From contig LSRY02000012.1 of the NCBI GenBank assembly GCA_001643675.2, positions 1,364,001 through 1,428,000 of the forward strand: 64,000 nucleotides of DNA, given 5' to 3'. Below, piece by piece: positions 50,036 to 62,347 of this stretch (positions are counted from its first letter, which is position 1; each line of letters starts with the position of its first letter). Origin of the DNA: Monocercomonoides exilis PA203. Lineage: Eukaryota > Protista > Preaxostyla. Under the pieces are notes generated by a model, which saw only the letters and a program-made list of their open reading frames with translations, made no database searches and was not told the origin of the DNA. The position numbers and the translations under genes were made by a program.

Positions 50036-53030
50036 ATGAAAATCCAAACAGAAACTGGACTGTTTGGATTATTTCTCCAAAAAGTTGAATTTAAAGATGA
50101 TTTTCCACCGAATATGTCTCTACTTTTCGCAAACAATGAAACAAGTTCTTTTTTTAAATGGCTCATGAATAATGTTTCGACACACGCAATCTTAAAAACA
50201 GAAGTTGCATCGCAAAAATTTGTTTGTGAGGATCATAGAACGGTCAATGTTGGAGAATCTTTTCAAAAAAAACTTAACCAAGAAGAGATAAATTATGAAA
50301 AGCGTCTTTCCATAAATCGTTTATGTGTGCCAAGATGTATTGCTGGAACAACAAAATCTGAGTTATTTCTTTCCTTTAAAGCAGGAACTCAACATGAAAG
50401 AGAAGGATATAATTCAAATGAAATATTGCTACTTAACTCGCGTCTTCGTCGATTGAAAGGACAGCGACAATTACTTCTTCAAAGACTTGAAGAAATAAAT
50501 AAAGAACAAGATGTTTCGCTTTTATTTGCGGAGCAAACATATAATTCAATCAATAAGACAATAAAGGATACTGCATCGCTTGTGGCAATGTTATCTCAAT
50601 CTTGCAGTCATCTGCATCAATCGTTGAATGAATACACTTTAACGAGTCATTCTTTAGTTTCCCCTCTTTCAATAATGAAACATTATCCTATGGCATTTCA
50701 TGTTAGTGATTATCAAGCAATTGATGGAAATTTTTTAAATTGTTTAACTGTTCTTGTAAATAAATTGAAAAGTTCTTCCGGAAATGCTTCTTCGTTTGAG
50801 CGTTCCGAAATTTCCGGAAATTCTTCGCCGGAAACGATTGAAGCCAGTACTCAAATATATCTCAATCGAATTCGAGAGCTGACAAGAATATCGAAGGCAA
50901 TATCAGTTGGAAGACAAAGACTCTTCGAGATAAGTATTGAAAAGGAAAGGTGGAATGCAGCACTTCAAATACTAAAGCGTGAATGTGTAGTCATTGCACG
51001 GGACATTAATGAAACTCCTTCAAATGAAGCTTATCGTACTTCAAGAATTATACTTCGAAAAAAAACCAAATTGGACGTACCTTTGTTTAATTATTTCTTG
51101 TCCAACCCCACTTTATCAATTGATCAATGGATGGTAGGGCATCCTGAGAAAAGACTTTTTAATGAACCAAGTCAAAGTCATAAAGATTATCTTGAGTCTT
51201 TTTCAACAACAACAACACCAACTCTCAGCAGAACAACAACCAGCTTTTCAACACCTGTTGCGTCGAATGCATCTCCTAATAAAGAACCCAGCCTTTCTCC
51301 TGCAAGCTCAATTCATACAACAGAAACTGTTGAACATTTTATAACACCTTCTCATTCTTCCTCTGCAACAACATTTTCTTTATCAACTTTTGACATTCCA
51401 GTAAGAACAGAACCACATTCTAATTATCGAGAATCAACAAAAAGACTCAGTGATTTAATTCCGATATTACTTCAGAAGCTTCGTGACGTTATCACATCCA
51501 ATGTGCTCGAAAAGGACTATGCATTAAAGCGTGCCCGACAAAACAGAACAGCACTTGTGCATCAAGCCATAATCAAACTGTTGTGTGAACAGCAGGCACG
51601 CCATTGTTTGTTTATCACAACACTCCATCGAGAATCTCGCTTTCACTCTGCTTTGAAAGATCACATTCATCGTGCAACTCAAACTGTGTGCATTTTTTTT
51701 GTATGTTTTTATGATAATTTCAAATTTGTGATATTATGTTTTTTTGAAAATTCAGATCGAAGCATTGATTCTCTTAAAAGATTCTTCTCCTCATTTCTTT
51801 CCAACAGCCAAAAGGCAAACGCTTATTCCGTCTGCGTTGCCATATTCTTCTCTTTTTTTCAACTGGAAGCATCAAAAAGGTTCAGCATATCTTCAACATT
51901 TAATCAACCATCGAATGAGCGCAATAGCTTCGCAACTGGAAGAGAGACCAATAATTCCATACTCAATTTCTGGAGGCTATTCAACTGAAAGAACTTCTTT
52001 CAATAGCGTTGTTGAGCTTTCATCTGCTCCTCGCATTAATTTGATTGTTTCTCATCTTGTCGAACAAATACTAACATCATTTTCAATCAATTTGCCTGCA
52101 CTGTTTTCTCAGTCAAATCAGTCTTTACAACATTCTTTTGTAAACTCTGTTCAAAATTCATCGTCTCCTATCCCTAGCACGAATACATTAGCACAATCTG
52201 TTTATTTATACCTTCAAGTTCTGAAGGAAAAAGGATTCAGCGCAATTATCAATAGCGATGAAATATCTGTGCCAATTGAGCAAGACACGCTTCGAAAACT
52301 TAACGAAGCCGATTCTTTAACACAGACGAAATTAGTAGAAAGACTTAAAGTTTGCCAAAAAGTTATTAAACTTTTTTTGAGATTATGAACTTTAATTTCT
52401 ATTTTTTCATTTATGAATATGGTTTTTGATGTGTGTATGTTTTTGTGGATTTTTCTAGTCTTTTCAACAAATACGCAAGCAATCTTTATCCTCGTTTTAT
52501 TCACTCTGGCCAATCCGCTCAGCATTCCTGCACACTTTGTATATTCAATCCTTTTCTCCTCTGGAGCATTGTCTTCTACCAATTTCACTTCCGATTGTTG
52601 CTCCTTCTGAACTCTTCGCTCAAATATCATCAAGAATTAGCTCATTGAAAGTTGATCATATATTTGTGCAGCCACAGTTCATCCAAGCAATGGACAGATT
52701 GCTTCGTACAAAGGTTTGATAACAGTAAATATCTGCTTTTTTGAGCATGCATATGATTTTTATAATTTTTGTGTGTTATGATAATAGGAGTATATTCAGC
52801 AGCTTTCAGATTCAGCACAAGAGCTTTTAGAAAAATTAATGACTTACAATTCAGTATCAAAGAAGACCCAAGAATCTACAAATATTGCATCTTTGCAAAA
52901 TAGTGAACGTCAAATATTTGTTCTGTTCTTCAAAAATCCCGAAAAGCTGAAAGCCATGTATCGTGCACTTCAACAAAAAGTTCAATCAATATCATATTGT
53001 GTGCAAGATTCAATGCAACCACATAGATGA
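50036..53030 (+). CDS. HAUS3: Probable augmin/HAUS complex subunit 3, multi-exon
   Basis: N-terminal LLFANNETSSFFKWLMNNVSTHAIL resembles the HAUS3 signature. Coiled coils, RIRELTRI, LEKDYALKRARQ, and C-terminal ERQIFVLFFKNPEKLK. Confidence 0.6.
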
Positions 53031-54078
53031 ATGTTTCCTTTTTGACTGTTTGGAAAAAAAATATTTTTAAGCAATGACGATAGAAATTTCAATTCATGAA
53101 AGATTCCCAAAGAAAGTGAAATTTTTTCAAAATTTTATTATTCCGTTGATTCTTTTTAAGAACTAATAATTGTATTTTTTCTGTTATGTAGAATTTTTTG
53201 ATTTCGTTCAAATTTGATTTTTTGTTATTTTAAATATATTGATTTGAAATTTTTTATGTTGCATCAATTCAAATAAATGAAATAATACATAGGATCATAA
53301 AATTATTTTTATCTAATTTTTTTACAGTTACAAATTTTCTTGTCTAAAATTTCAGTTAACACATATTTCAAAATGAACATTTTGACGACGTTCCATTCTC
53401 AAAAACAAACAACATGGGGGAAAATACGGACTTTCAAGCTTTTTGTGCACAAAGCATGGAAAAATTGTTTCACTTGTATCATTTTTAAACTTTATCAGAT
53501 TTCAAAATAAATTTGATTTTCATATTTGTAAGCAAACATCATTGATGTTACAATAAAATGTTTTGTGACCTCACATGTATTTTAAAAAATGAACCCATTT
53601 TTTTTTTCATATTTAAAGATCACAAAAAGTTTATCGAAAGTGCATAATTTTTCATTGAAAATGCTTGGAGTCAAATATTTTGTCCCACATCGACTGTTAA
53701 GTGTTTTGTTTCATTAGCTTTTGTTGAAATTTTTGGAAGTGAAAGAATTTCTTTGATGAAATTAAAACATGCTAGTTCTTTTCTAAATTTTTGATCAAAT
53801 ATGAAAGTTCAGGATTAAAAATGTCTATTGAATAGAAACAAATACCAAGAGAAAAAATTGTTTTTATTATATATCCGTCCATAAGAATATTTGACCATAA
53901 GTGAGTGATTAATTTTGAAATCACTGTTTTTCTTTCAAAATTTTCGGATCAAAATTTTTCTTTGAAAATTTGTAATCTCAACGCAACAAAGTTTAAACTC
54001 AAAAAAGACAAAGTTTTGTCAAACATTCATATGCAGCTTTGGCTAATGAAACAAAGGTCAAAATGTCAATATTTTTAT

Positions 54079-54335
54079 GGGAGATTCTTTTTGAAATCAT
54101 AACTTTTTTTGGTGTGTTGATTATTTTGTAAATTCTATGTCACATGCCAAATAATAAACAATCAAATGTCAAATGTTTATGAATCGTTTTTTAATCCAAC
54201 AGTTGATGAAATTTTTTTGTTGAGATTTTCAAATTTTTGAGTTGTGACTTTTCAGGGTTTCATTATCAGTATTCAGAAATTATTCTCAAATAGAATATTT
54301 TGACAGAAAAAATATGATTTCAAAAATAAACACCC
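54079..54335. mobile_element. 257-bp MITE of the GGG/CCC family (imperfect TIRs)
   Basis: Left end GGGAGATTCTTTTTGAAATCATA, right end reverse complement GGGTGTTTATTTTTGAAATCATA. Flanks TTAT and AAAT match only partly. Confidence 0.6.
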
Positions 54336-54976
54336 AAATGAAAATTTATTTTCCATAGATTTTCATTTTTTTTATTATCAACGATCCTAAATTTTTGATA
54401 AATCATCATATCCTTTTTATTAATTATGAACACATGAAGAATATGGGTATTTTTTTTTGAAAAGTCACAAAATATTAATTGATCTGAAAATCAGATCACA
54501 AATGATCAAAAAATGATGATCATTCCGTTACCATTATATATTGCTGAATGTTATTCTATTGAGTTTTGCCCCCCTTTCCCCACATATTGCGTTTTAATAA
54601 AATAGATTTCAAATACCCAATTAACTATTGAATCACTTTTATGATTTAAGTATTTTTTTTCTTGTTTTTTGAACTCACAGAAAAATATGTTTATATTTCT
54701 TTGTTTTCATTTCAACTGTTCAAGTCTACGTTTTGATTTTGCGAATGGAGACTTTTTTTTCAGTGTTTTCCTATGTTGAAAGATAAATAGATTTTAACTT
54801 GCTTTAATATGAGTTTTTTATCAGAACTTATTAAATAAGAAAATTTCATCGATACTGTCCTCATTGAATTGAAAGAAATTCAAAAAGTTGTATACAAAAA
54901 GCTATTTTTAGTTTTATAATAAATAAATAATTGACAACTGCAATTTCTTGCATTTAATGTCCTTTTATAAAAAATT

Positions 54977-57900
54977 CAAAAAAGAAATGGCATCTCATGT
55001 TTTGAATCAAAACATGAATTATGTCTTAAATAGCTTTCTCCGACTCATTATCATTTTTTCTCGTCTTTATCTTTTCATTTCAACTCCGTTCCAAAAAACT
55101 TTGTTCAAACTTTTCCATTTGATCAGAAAAGATGAGATTTCAGTAATGATTGACGTCTCTAATTTGAACATGGACTTTGTTTTTGTGACACGAAAGTCAC
55201 TGCAATTTTGTGCGATGAGTTGTATCAAAAAGCTTATTGCGGGAGTGGAAGCGATTCAGTTGTATCTTTACTCAGCACCTTCGTCTTCTTCGACTTCTTC
55301 AACAGGAGCAGCACGCCGATCAACTTCGCCATTCCGGAGGCTGAGAAGCGAAGAGAAGAAAGTGACAGGAGATGATCAGCCATCTTCATCATCGACACCT
55401 ATGATTGACCCTTCGGATGCGTCTGCACTGGAGGCGTTATTCACTTCGGCAAGAGTGATGGATGATATTGAGAGGTGGCTTAAGTGTATGAAAATCACAA
55501 TAGTCGTCACTGAGGGAGCAACAGACGCTGAGGGGTTATGTTGTGGCGCAAAGGGCGGTGCTGTATGGAGGTGTTGTGTGTGCGTACGATGTGGCGCTTT
55601 CGGCGATGCTTACAGTTCAGCATGTGCGTCCGCTTGTAAAACTTACAGCATTTTCGTGAACGAAGTTGCAAGGTAAGTGCATCTTTTAGGAGGCAGACAT
55701 GAATGAATTATTGTCTATCAACAATCAATTTTAATTCTTCACCACAGATCTTGCAATTACAGTTGTCGAAAGTGTGGTTGTGAAATTGGACGAGGAAGCG
55801 ATTTGGTGAGGGGTTGCAGTGTGTGAAGAGGTGAAGAGCTGAAGAACAAGAAGGAAGATCTGGAGAGGACGAAGGCGAACGCTGCTCAGACGCTAAGTTA
55901 GACGGATGGAAAGTGCGAGGGGCATGTTGTGGAGCTGGGGGTGGAGAAGGAGGAGCTGGAGCGGAAGATCCCGGAGCTAATGGAGCTGCACGAGGAGGCG
56001 AAGCAGGAGATGGAGAAACGGTATTCGGAGTTCGTCATGCTGCTGCAGAAGATCCGGGACTACGAGCGGATCTCGAAGCGGACGAACGGGCTGGTGGAGC
56101 AGCTGCAGCAGAATGACAAGACCAAAGGATGCGAGAGAAAAAGATACTGGAGCTGAACAAGAAGAATAACACAGATGTGAAGGAGCTGCAGCAGCTTGTG
56201 GCGATGAATGAGAAGGTGGAGCTGATTGATGTGGGGATTGAGAAGGAGAAGAAGCTGCATTCTCAGCAGGGCAGAGTGGCGAGTGAGAACAGCGAGGGGG
56301 CAGTGTCAGGGGCAGGTTCTGGAGCAGGGGCAGGAGTGCCATTTGCCAAGCCTTCTTCGTTGTCGTCTGCGGGAGGCGGGGTGATTCCATCTTCGGCGTC
56401 GTTGATCCTGCCATCGGGGCTGTGTGAAAAGTTCCAGGGAAAGTTTGCAGTTAGCATCGGGGATGGCAGCGCTGTGTTGGTTGGGCCAGACCCGAGCTGG
56501 AAGGGTGCTTTTGTGAAAGTGGGGAACGCGGTGAGTGTTGTGGGAAGAAGACAACGGTGGGTGGAAAGAGTTTCGACTGAAGTGGAAGTTAGGGAACGAG
56601 ATCTGGGATCAGCGAATGATAGAAAAGAATGGTGCTGTCGAAAGAACAGGAAAGGATAATACGCTTGAAGAAGGCGCTGTTCAATTGACGAATGAGAGCT
56701 GCGGACGGAGATTGGACAAAAGAAGTGGGAGCAGAAGAAAAAGAAGGAGTTAAATGAAGAGACGATGGAGCATCAGATGAGAACGGTTTCTTGGTCACTA
56801 AGGCAAGTTGCGCACGAAACGGCACATGAGCTTTGGATACCGATCACGTTGCAGTCACCTGTGCAGATGAAGCGTTTGTTGAAGCCGCAGATGATAGTGT
56901 GTAAGTCGTCGCTGGTGTTGAAGCTGACGTAATTTCTGGGGATATTCGGAGACATGAACACAACAGACTTGGGAGAGGGAATCGCTGTGTTAGCGGGAGT
57001 TGTGGTTTCGATGCAGTAGTTTGGGGATTTTGTGATCATGTGGCTGTGGGTGAAGCATGCAGCGCAGAAGATGAGCGAGGCAGTGATATAAAAGATGATC
57101 TTCGTTGTGGAGCTGTTTCCAAATGACTTTGCTGATGTGTTGTTGTTAGGGAAGTTTGTGGGGGAGGAGTGCGAAGGAGACAAGTTGTGGTTTTCATGAC
57201 AACAGCAAAGTGCTATTTGAAGGTTTTCAGTTGAAGCCACTTGCAGAAGAGAGCTAGATCTTCCTGATGACTCTGGACAGGATGTTTTGGATGAAAATCA
57301 AATCATTGGTTAAAGAGGCTTCGGAGAAGAAAATCGAGATGTTATTTTGGTGGAGTTTGAGGGATTTTTTTTGTAGAAGGGAGAGGCAGACTCGTCTGTG
57401 TTTCTGAGGTCTTTGAAGAACTTCAACCAAGCGGAAGCAATGAAGTTGAAAAAAGGTGATAAAGGCGCTGCGCGATGCAATTCGTAGCTGCGATCCCTTG
57501 ACTTTTTCATCATCATCTTCACACGAAGCTTGGTGAGGGATCACATATTCGAACAGGAGTCTTTTCATTGTGTGTCCATTCCGCAAACTCCGCATGCGCT
57601 ATCGCTGGGTATTTTTCGGGATGAGTATATGCTGTCTGGGTGCTGCTTGCTATCATTCGAATATGTGGTGAAGGCATGCCAGCGCAACGATTTCTTCACG
57701 CTGTTCTTGAAGCAACAAAATAAATCTAATACCTCCGAAATTTGAGCATATCTGTGTCCATCTGAGAAAAGGACGGTTAAGAAGACAATTAGCCTGCATT
57801 TTGCGCTGCTGAAGATGGCTCTGAATGGCCAGGGGCTGATGATTTCGGTGGCATCAGCAGGGGCAAGTGTAGGGGCAGGGGCAAATGTGGTTCAGAAACG

Positions 57901-58110
57901 GAAGATGGAGTCTATGCAGCTGGCTGAGAAGAAGAAAGAAGGGTAGCGGTCACTGTTGTGGATGATTGGGTTTGTTGTGGAGCTCGTGGGGCGGCATCTG
58001 AAAAGAACGAGGTGGAAAAGGCGATCAGCTTTGTGTTGCTGCTGTGTGATTGGTAGTTTGTGGAGCTGTGTCACAAGGCTATGGAAAGGCAGAGGGATAG
58101 AGGAGGAATC
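54977..58110 (+). pseudogene. Decayed GC-rich coiled-coil family gene, copy A (boundaries approximate)
   Basis: Coding-like frames broken by stops and frameshifts, e.g. ALFTSARVMDDIERWL, EFVMLLQKIRDYERISK, MRTVSWSLRQVAHETAHEL. Confidence 0.6.
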
Positions 58111-58499
58111 AATATATTGTCATGTTTCATCAACTTCTTCTTCCTTCTTCTCCTTCCTCTTTTCCTTCCTCTTCTTCCTCCTCCTCCTTTTTCACCATCT
58201 TATTTTTTATTATTCATTCAGAAATAAGCAAAAAGAAGACAAACCATTCTCAATGTTGATTTTTATTTGTTTCTTTCAAAGAATTTTAAAAAAAAAATGA
58301 ATGTGAAAAGAAACGGAATATAGAAGGAGAATGAGGTTTATAGATGAAACAAAATCAAGTGAAGAAGAAAAATTGAGAAAATCAAAATCGATAAATATAG
58401 AATTGAAGAGAAAGAGGAGTAGGAGGAAGAGGAAGAATAATTTGTAAAAGAACATGTAAACAAAGATGTCAATACCAATGAAGAACATTTTCAGCTTCA

Positions 58500-61340
58500 T
58501 TATTAACTCTTTCAGCTACACCACCGTCTTTAGAAACTGCGCCAATCACTGCCCATCCTCCAAAGGAAGATCAAAGCAGATCTCCTTTTTTTGAGTCGTT
58601 CCTCCACAGCTTCAGCCGCAACAGCCCTCGCAGCAGCTGCACCATCTGGAACAACGCCTACCGCCATTCTTTCTTCTCCACCACCGATTGTATAATCTCC
58701 ACTGGCAGCTTCAGCCCAATCCATTCCACTTCCACCTTCGATACTGCATAAAGTTTACGCATTATGTTGTTCAGCTCATCTCGCTGTCTTCACAATCTCA
58801 TTATTCAAAGACTGCAGATGAGAATTTCGCAGATCAGCTTCATCACAAACATCCGGAAGCTGCTTCTGCTCGAAAGTTGTTCAGTTAAAACGATGGAAAC
58901 ACAAATATATCGGTATTTCTCTTTTCCGACTTTATTCCCTCAAACAACGAAAAAACACTTTCATCTTATCTCCGATACAACTTCAAACACCGTCAAAATG
59001 AATGAAAACTGCATTTCACCTCCAATTCACTCCTTCCGCACAAATGCCCCAGATAGCCACATCCCTGCAAAGTCCTTCCGGAACAGCCACACACCACATA
59101 TCACGCCCACAAAGCTGCTTCACTCTTTTTCTGCTCTGCATTATTCTCCAATAGCCACGTACACACTAAGTCCTCAAACCTTTGCCTCGGAACCACCATC
59201 CCCACTTAAGATTGCCCCACCCAGGTCTGCTTCGATCTTGTCTTTATTTGTTCCGTCAATTGTCCAAAGCTTCAGCAACAGCAATGGCTGCAGCCCTGTA
59301 TTCAGCGGCATTAGCAGCATCTGCATCTGAACAGACGACCTCCGCGTTGGTGGCAACCGAAGCACATACGTCATTTCGTATGCCACCTGCCTCAGCGACC
59401 CTGATACTGAGCTCATCAGCCGCTCCATCGCTGTCGACCCCACCAGCAAAAGCACCCCGCCTGCCCCTGGCTGCCCTGCCCCCGTTCCACCACGCGAAGT
59501 CACAGGCCACTCCGACTCTTCCCGGCCTCGGCTGTCTGTCGTCTACTCAAGAAGCATGTACAGCCGCTGCACAACAGTCGCCTTCCCTGCCCCTGCCCCT
59601 GCCTCTGCCCCAGCTGGGATCCAGTCCTCTAGCTCTCTCTTCGCATCCTCATGCGGCAACAGCGGAATCCCATGAGGCACGCTCGCTTCTTTTTCATCTG
59701 CCTATTCATCCTCCTCTGCTTTTTCGTATTCTATGCCTTAACTTCCGTTCTTCCTCCTCATGCCATCCCTCCCTCTTTCATCTTTCTTCTCTGTCCTGCC
59801 TTCTCTGCCCACCAAAGTTACGCCCACCCAACCTTCTCCTCCAGCTGCTTCACCCACCCAACCAGGCGCTGAACCATCTTTTCATACGACGCCTTCATTA
59901 TCTTTTAATCCTGCTCTTTTGAGCAAGTGCTATCCACTGATTCTCAATCGCCTCCTCGAGTAGCTCCTTCTGTTTTCAGATCGTCTGCTCCTGCGCATTC
60001 GACTGCTCCATCAGCATCTTCGTTTCCTTCTCCATCTAGTTTCTCTTCTGCCACACATTTGCACCCCCCCACTTCTCCATGCTGAAACTCTCTCCTCCAC
60101 AGCTATTTGCTTCTCCCACTATGCTCACTCCGCTCCACACTTTTACAACATCCCCTTTCCCATCAAATCTGGCTCAAGCATCACAGTGCTGTCACATTCG
60201 AAACTCGCTGCAATCTTCTCTTGACTCTTTTCACACAGCCACTACTTCAGAATCAAGAAAGCCAAAGACTGAACCTCCCCACCTCCCGCAGACGACAACG
60301 AAGAAGGTGTGGCAATTATAACCACCGACCAGCTAGTTTCCACTTGCCAACCACGCTCACCACTCCTCCTTGCTGTGCCCAGCACTTCTTCTCCTTCACC
60401 TGCTTCACCTGCTTCACCTGCTTCACCTGCTTCACATCTGCATTGTGCTTCTCGCTCAGCTCCAGAATCTTCCTCTGCTGCATCCAGATGATCTTGTCCT
60501 TCTCCTGCAGCTGCTCCTCCAGTTAACTCGAAGGCTTCGATATCTGCTCTTCATCCCGGATCTTCTGCAGCATCATGTTGAACTCCTGAAGTTTCTTCTC
60601 TGTCTCCATTTCCGTCTCCTCATCCTTCTTCTCCTGCTCCTTCACGTCTTCTCGCTCATCAAGCACATACAGAGACAGAACCACATCATCATTTCTCAAC
60701 CAAACCACTTTCGGCACCATCTCCGCTCTCTCCTCTATCCTTCATAGAACAACCATCCGTCTCATCACTTCGTCCTCCAACTTCGTCACCACATGCCTCG
60801 ACTGCGGCAATCGCTACACCAGCCGCGCTTTCGCGGACGGCAGTAGCAACGGATCAAATAGAATGTATATCAAAAGGAATGCATTCAGATCCGTCACCAT
60901 CAAGATATGTTTGCTCCACATCTTCTTTTGTGATGATTCTGCTAGTGAAGGAAAGCAAGCCATGTGACATATTTCCGCAGCGACTGCCGCAACAGCGACA
61001 TGTGCATCGCACACATCCCAACAGCCTTAACCACAACAATCTGCAGCCTCCTCTTGATATTGTCCATCGCTGATGACGTGAAAAACGCAGCTACCACCGA
61101 TGCCTCCGAAGTGTTAACTGTCGATGCAAATGAATATTATGGGCTAATGACCTTTAGCCTTCTCCACTTTTTTTCTACTCATCCGAATTAAAGATAAAGA
61201 AGAAAAAGACAAAGGCCTTGGTGGATGAGAAGACTGCTGCACTACCCCTGTAACAAGAAGATTTTTCAGATATCCCACCACTCCTACTGGAAGCTCCAAC
61301 AGCTGCACAAAGACGATATCTTCATGTGACAAGAGATTTT
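58500..61340 (-). pseudogene. Decayed GC-rich coiled-coil family gene, copy B, tail-to-tail with copy A (boundaries approximate)
   Basis: Homologous blocks in the same order: AFFTSSAMDNIKRRL, EFNMMLQKIRDEEQISK, MSSVSGSLRQVAYEMTYVL. Many stops and frameshifts. Confidence 0.6.
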
Positions 61341-62089
61341 GATCAGTAAGAAATACTTATCTTTTTCAAGTTATTGAGCTGAACGGTACTTGATATATTC
61401 AGGCAATAAATAATGATCAAATGCAAAAGAAAGTTTAAAAAGAACATGTTATTGTTGTAACCATTGAGGTTATGTTCATAATTTGTTCCTCAAAATGATA
61501 AACTTGTTCTTTCTCTGATTTGCTGTTTTTGTGCCTGTCTAATAATAAATTGAGTGTTTATTTCATTTTTTTCCATTCAATAAATGAATCTTTTATTTGA
61601 ACACGTCTTTTTGAATGTGATTCAAATGTTTTGCACATGAAATAATAATATTTCTGCTATCAAAAATATCGAGAAAAAAATTCCAAAAAAGCTCTTTTTT
61701 CATTATTTGATTTTGAACAAAGAAGTGCATTTTAAAATAAAACAAAATTCGAAAGATATTTTGTACGAAAAATATCGATAATGAAATGAAAACGAAGAAA
61801 TTGAAACATATCACTTCGTAGATTCAAGTAACACGAAATTGATATTAACTTAAAGTGTAAGTGATAAAAAAGTTTTAAATATTTATGATATATGGACAAT
61901 TATTAAAAATATTTTTAAAAGAGAGAGAAAAAACACTAAACATGATTTAAATTGTGAATTTATATGGGAACGGAATGATCAACATTTTTTGATCATTTGT
62001 GATCTGATTTTCAGATCAATTAATATTTTGTGACTTTTCAAAAAAAAATACCCATATGTTGATGATGTAATTATTAAATGATAGATTCT

Positions 62090-62222
62090 TTTTCTCAGCA
62101 GCTAATTTATGCAAGATTTTGATCTTATCCAACATAATTCGGAATGTTTCATGAACTCATATTTTCCTGACGAATTATGTTGGATAAGATCAAAATCTTG
62201 CATTATTCAGCTGCTGAGAAAA
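62090..62222. repeat. 133-nt hairpin (14-bp and 33-bp perfect stems, 29-nt loop)
   Basis: 62109-62141 pairs with 62171-62203. 62090-62103 pairs with 62209-62222. Confidence 0.9.
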
Positions 62223-62347
62223 GGCTTCTGTATATTTATTAGAGAAGTGTCATTTTTTTAAGAAGAAACAGAATATCTCTTTAATAAGAACAAGAATTGA
62301 CATCTTCTTCGTTTTTTGGTAAAATAAAACTTTTTGGACGATTCACA

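Larger units (their letters stand above)
54445..62053. mobile_element. 7.6-kb non-autonomous TIR element (90-bp TIRs, ATAT flanks) carrying two decayed genes
   Basis: 54445-54534 and 61964-62053 are inverted repeats with 2 mismatches. They start GGGTATTTTTTTTTGAAAAGTCACAAA, like the 27590 MITE. ATAT lies directly outside both ends. Confidence 0.75.

Noticed and set aside
55520-55640. RING/zinc finger suggested by Cys-rich translation
   Set aside because: Cys spacing does not fit a RING and is not shared by the paralog. It likely comes from TG-rich sequence read off-frame.
54977-61340. Stop-codon reassignment (TAA/TAG=Gln) rescuing the broken ORFs
   Set aside because: TGA stops and frameshifts are also present, and conserved genes here (RPL7, DDX6, VPH1) end at TAA at the expected positions.
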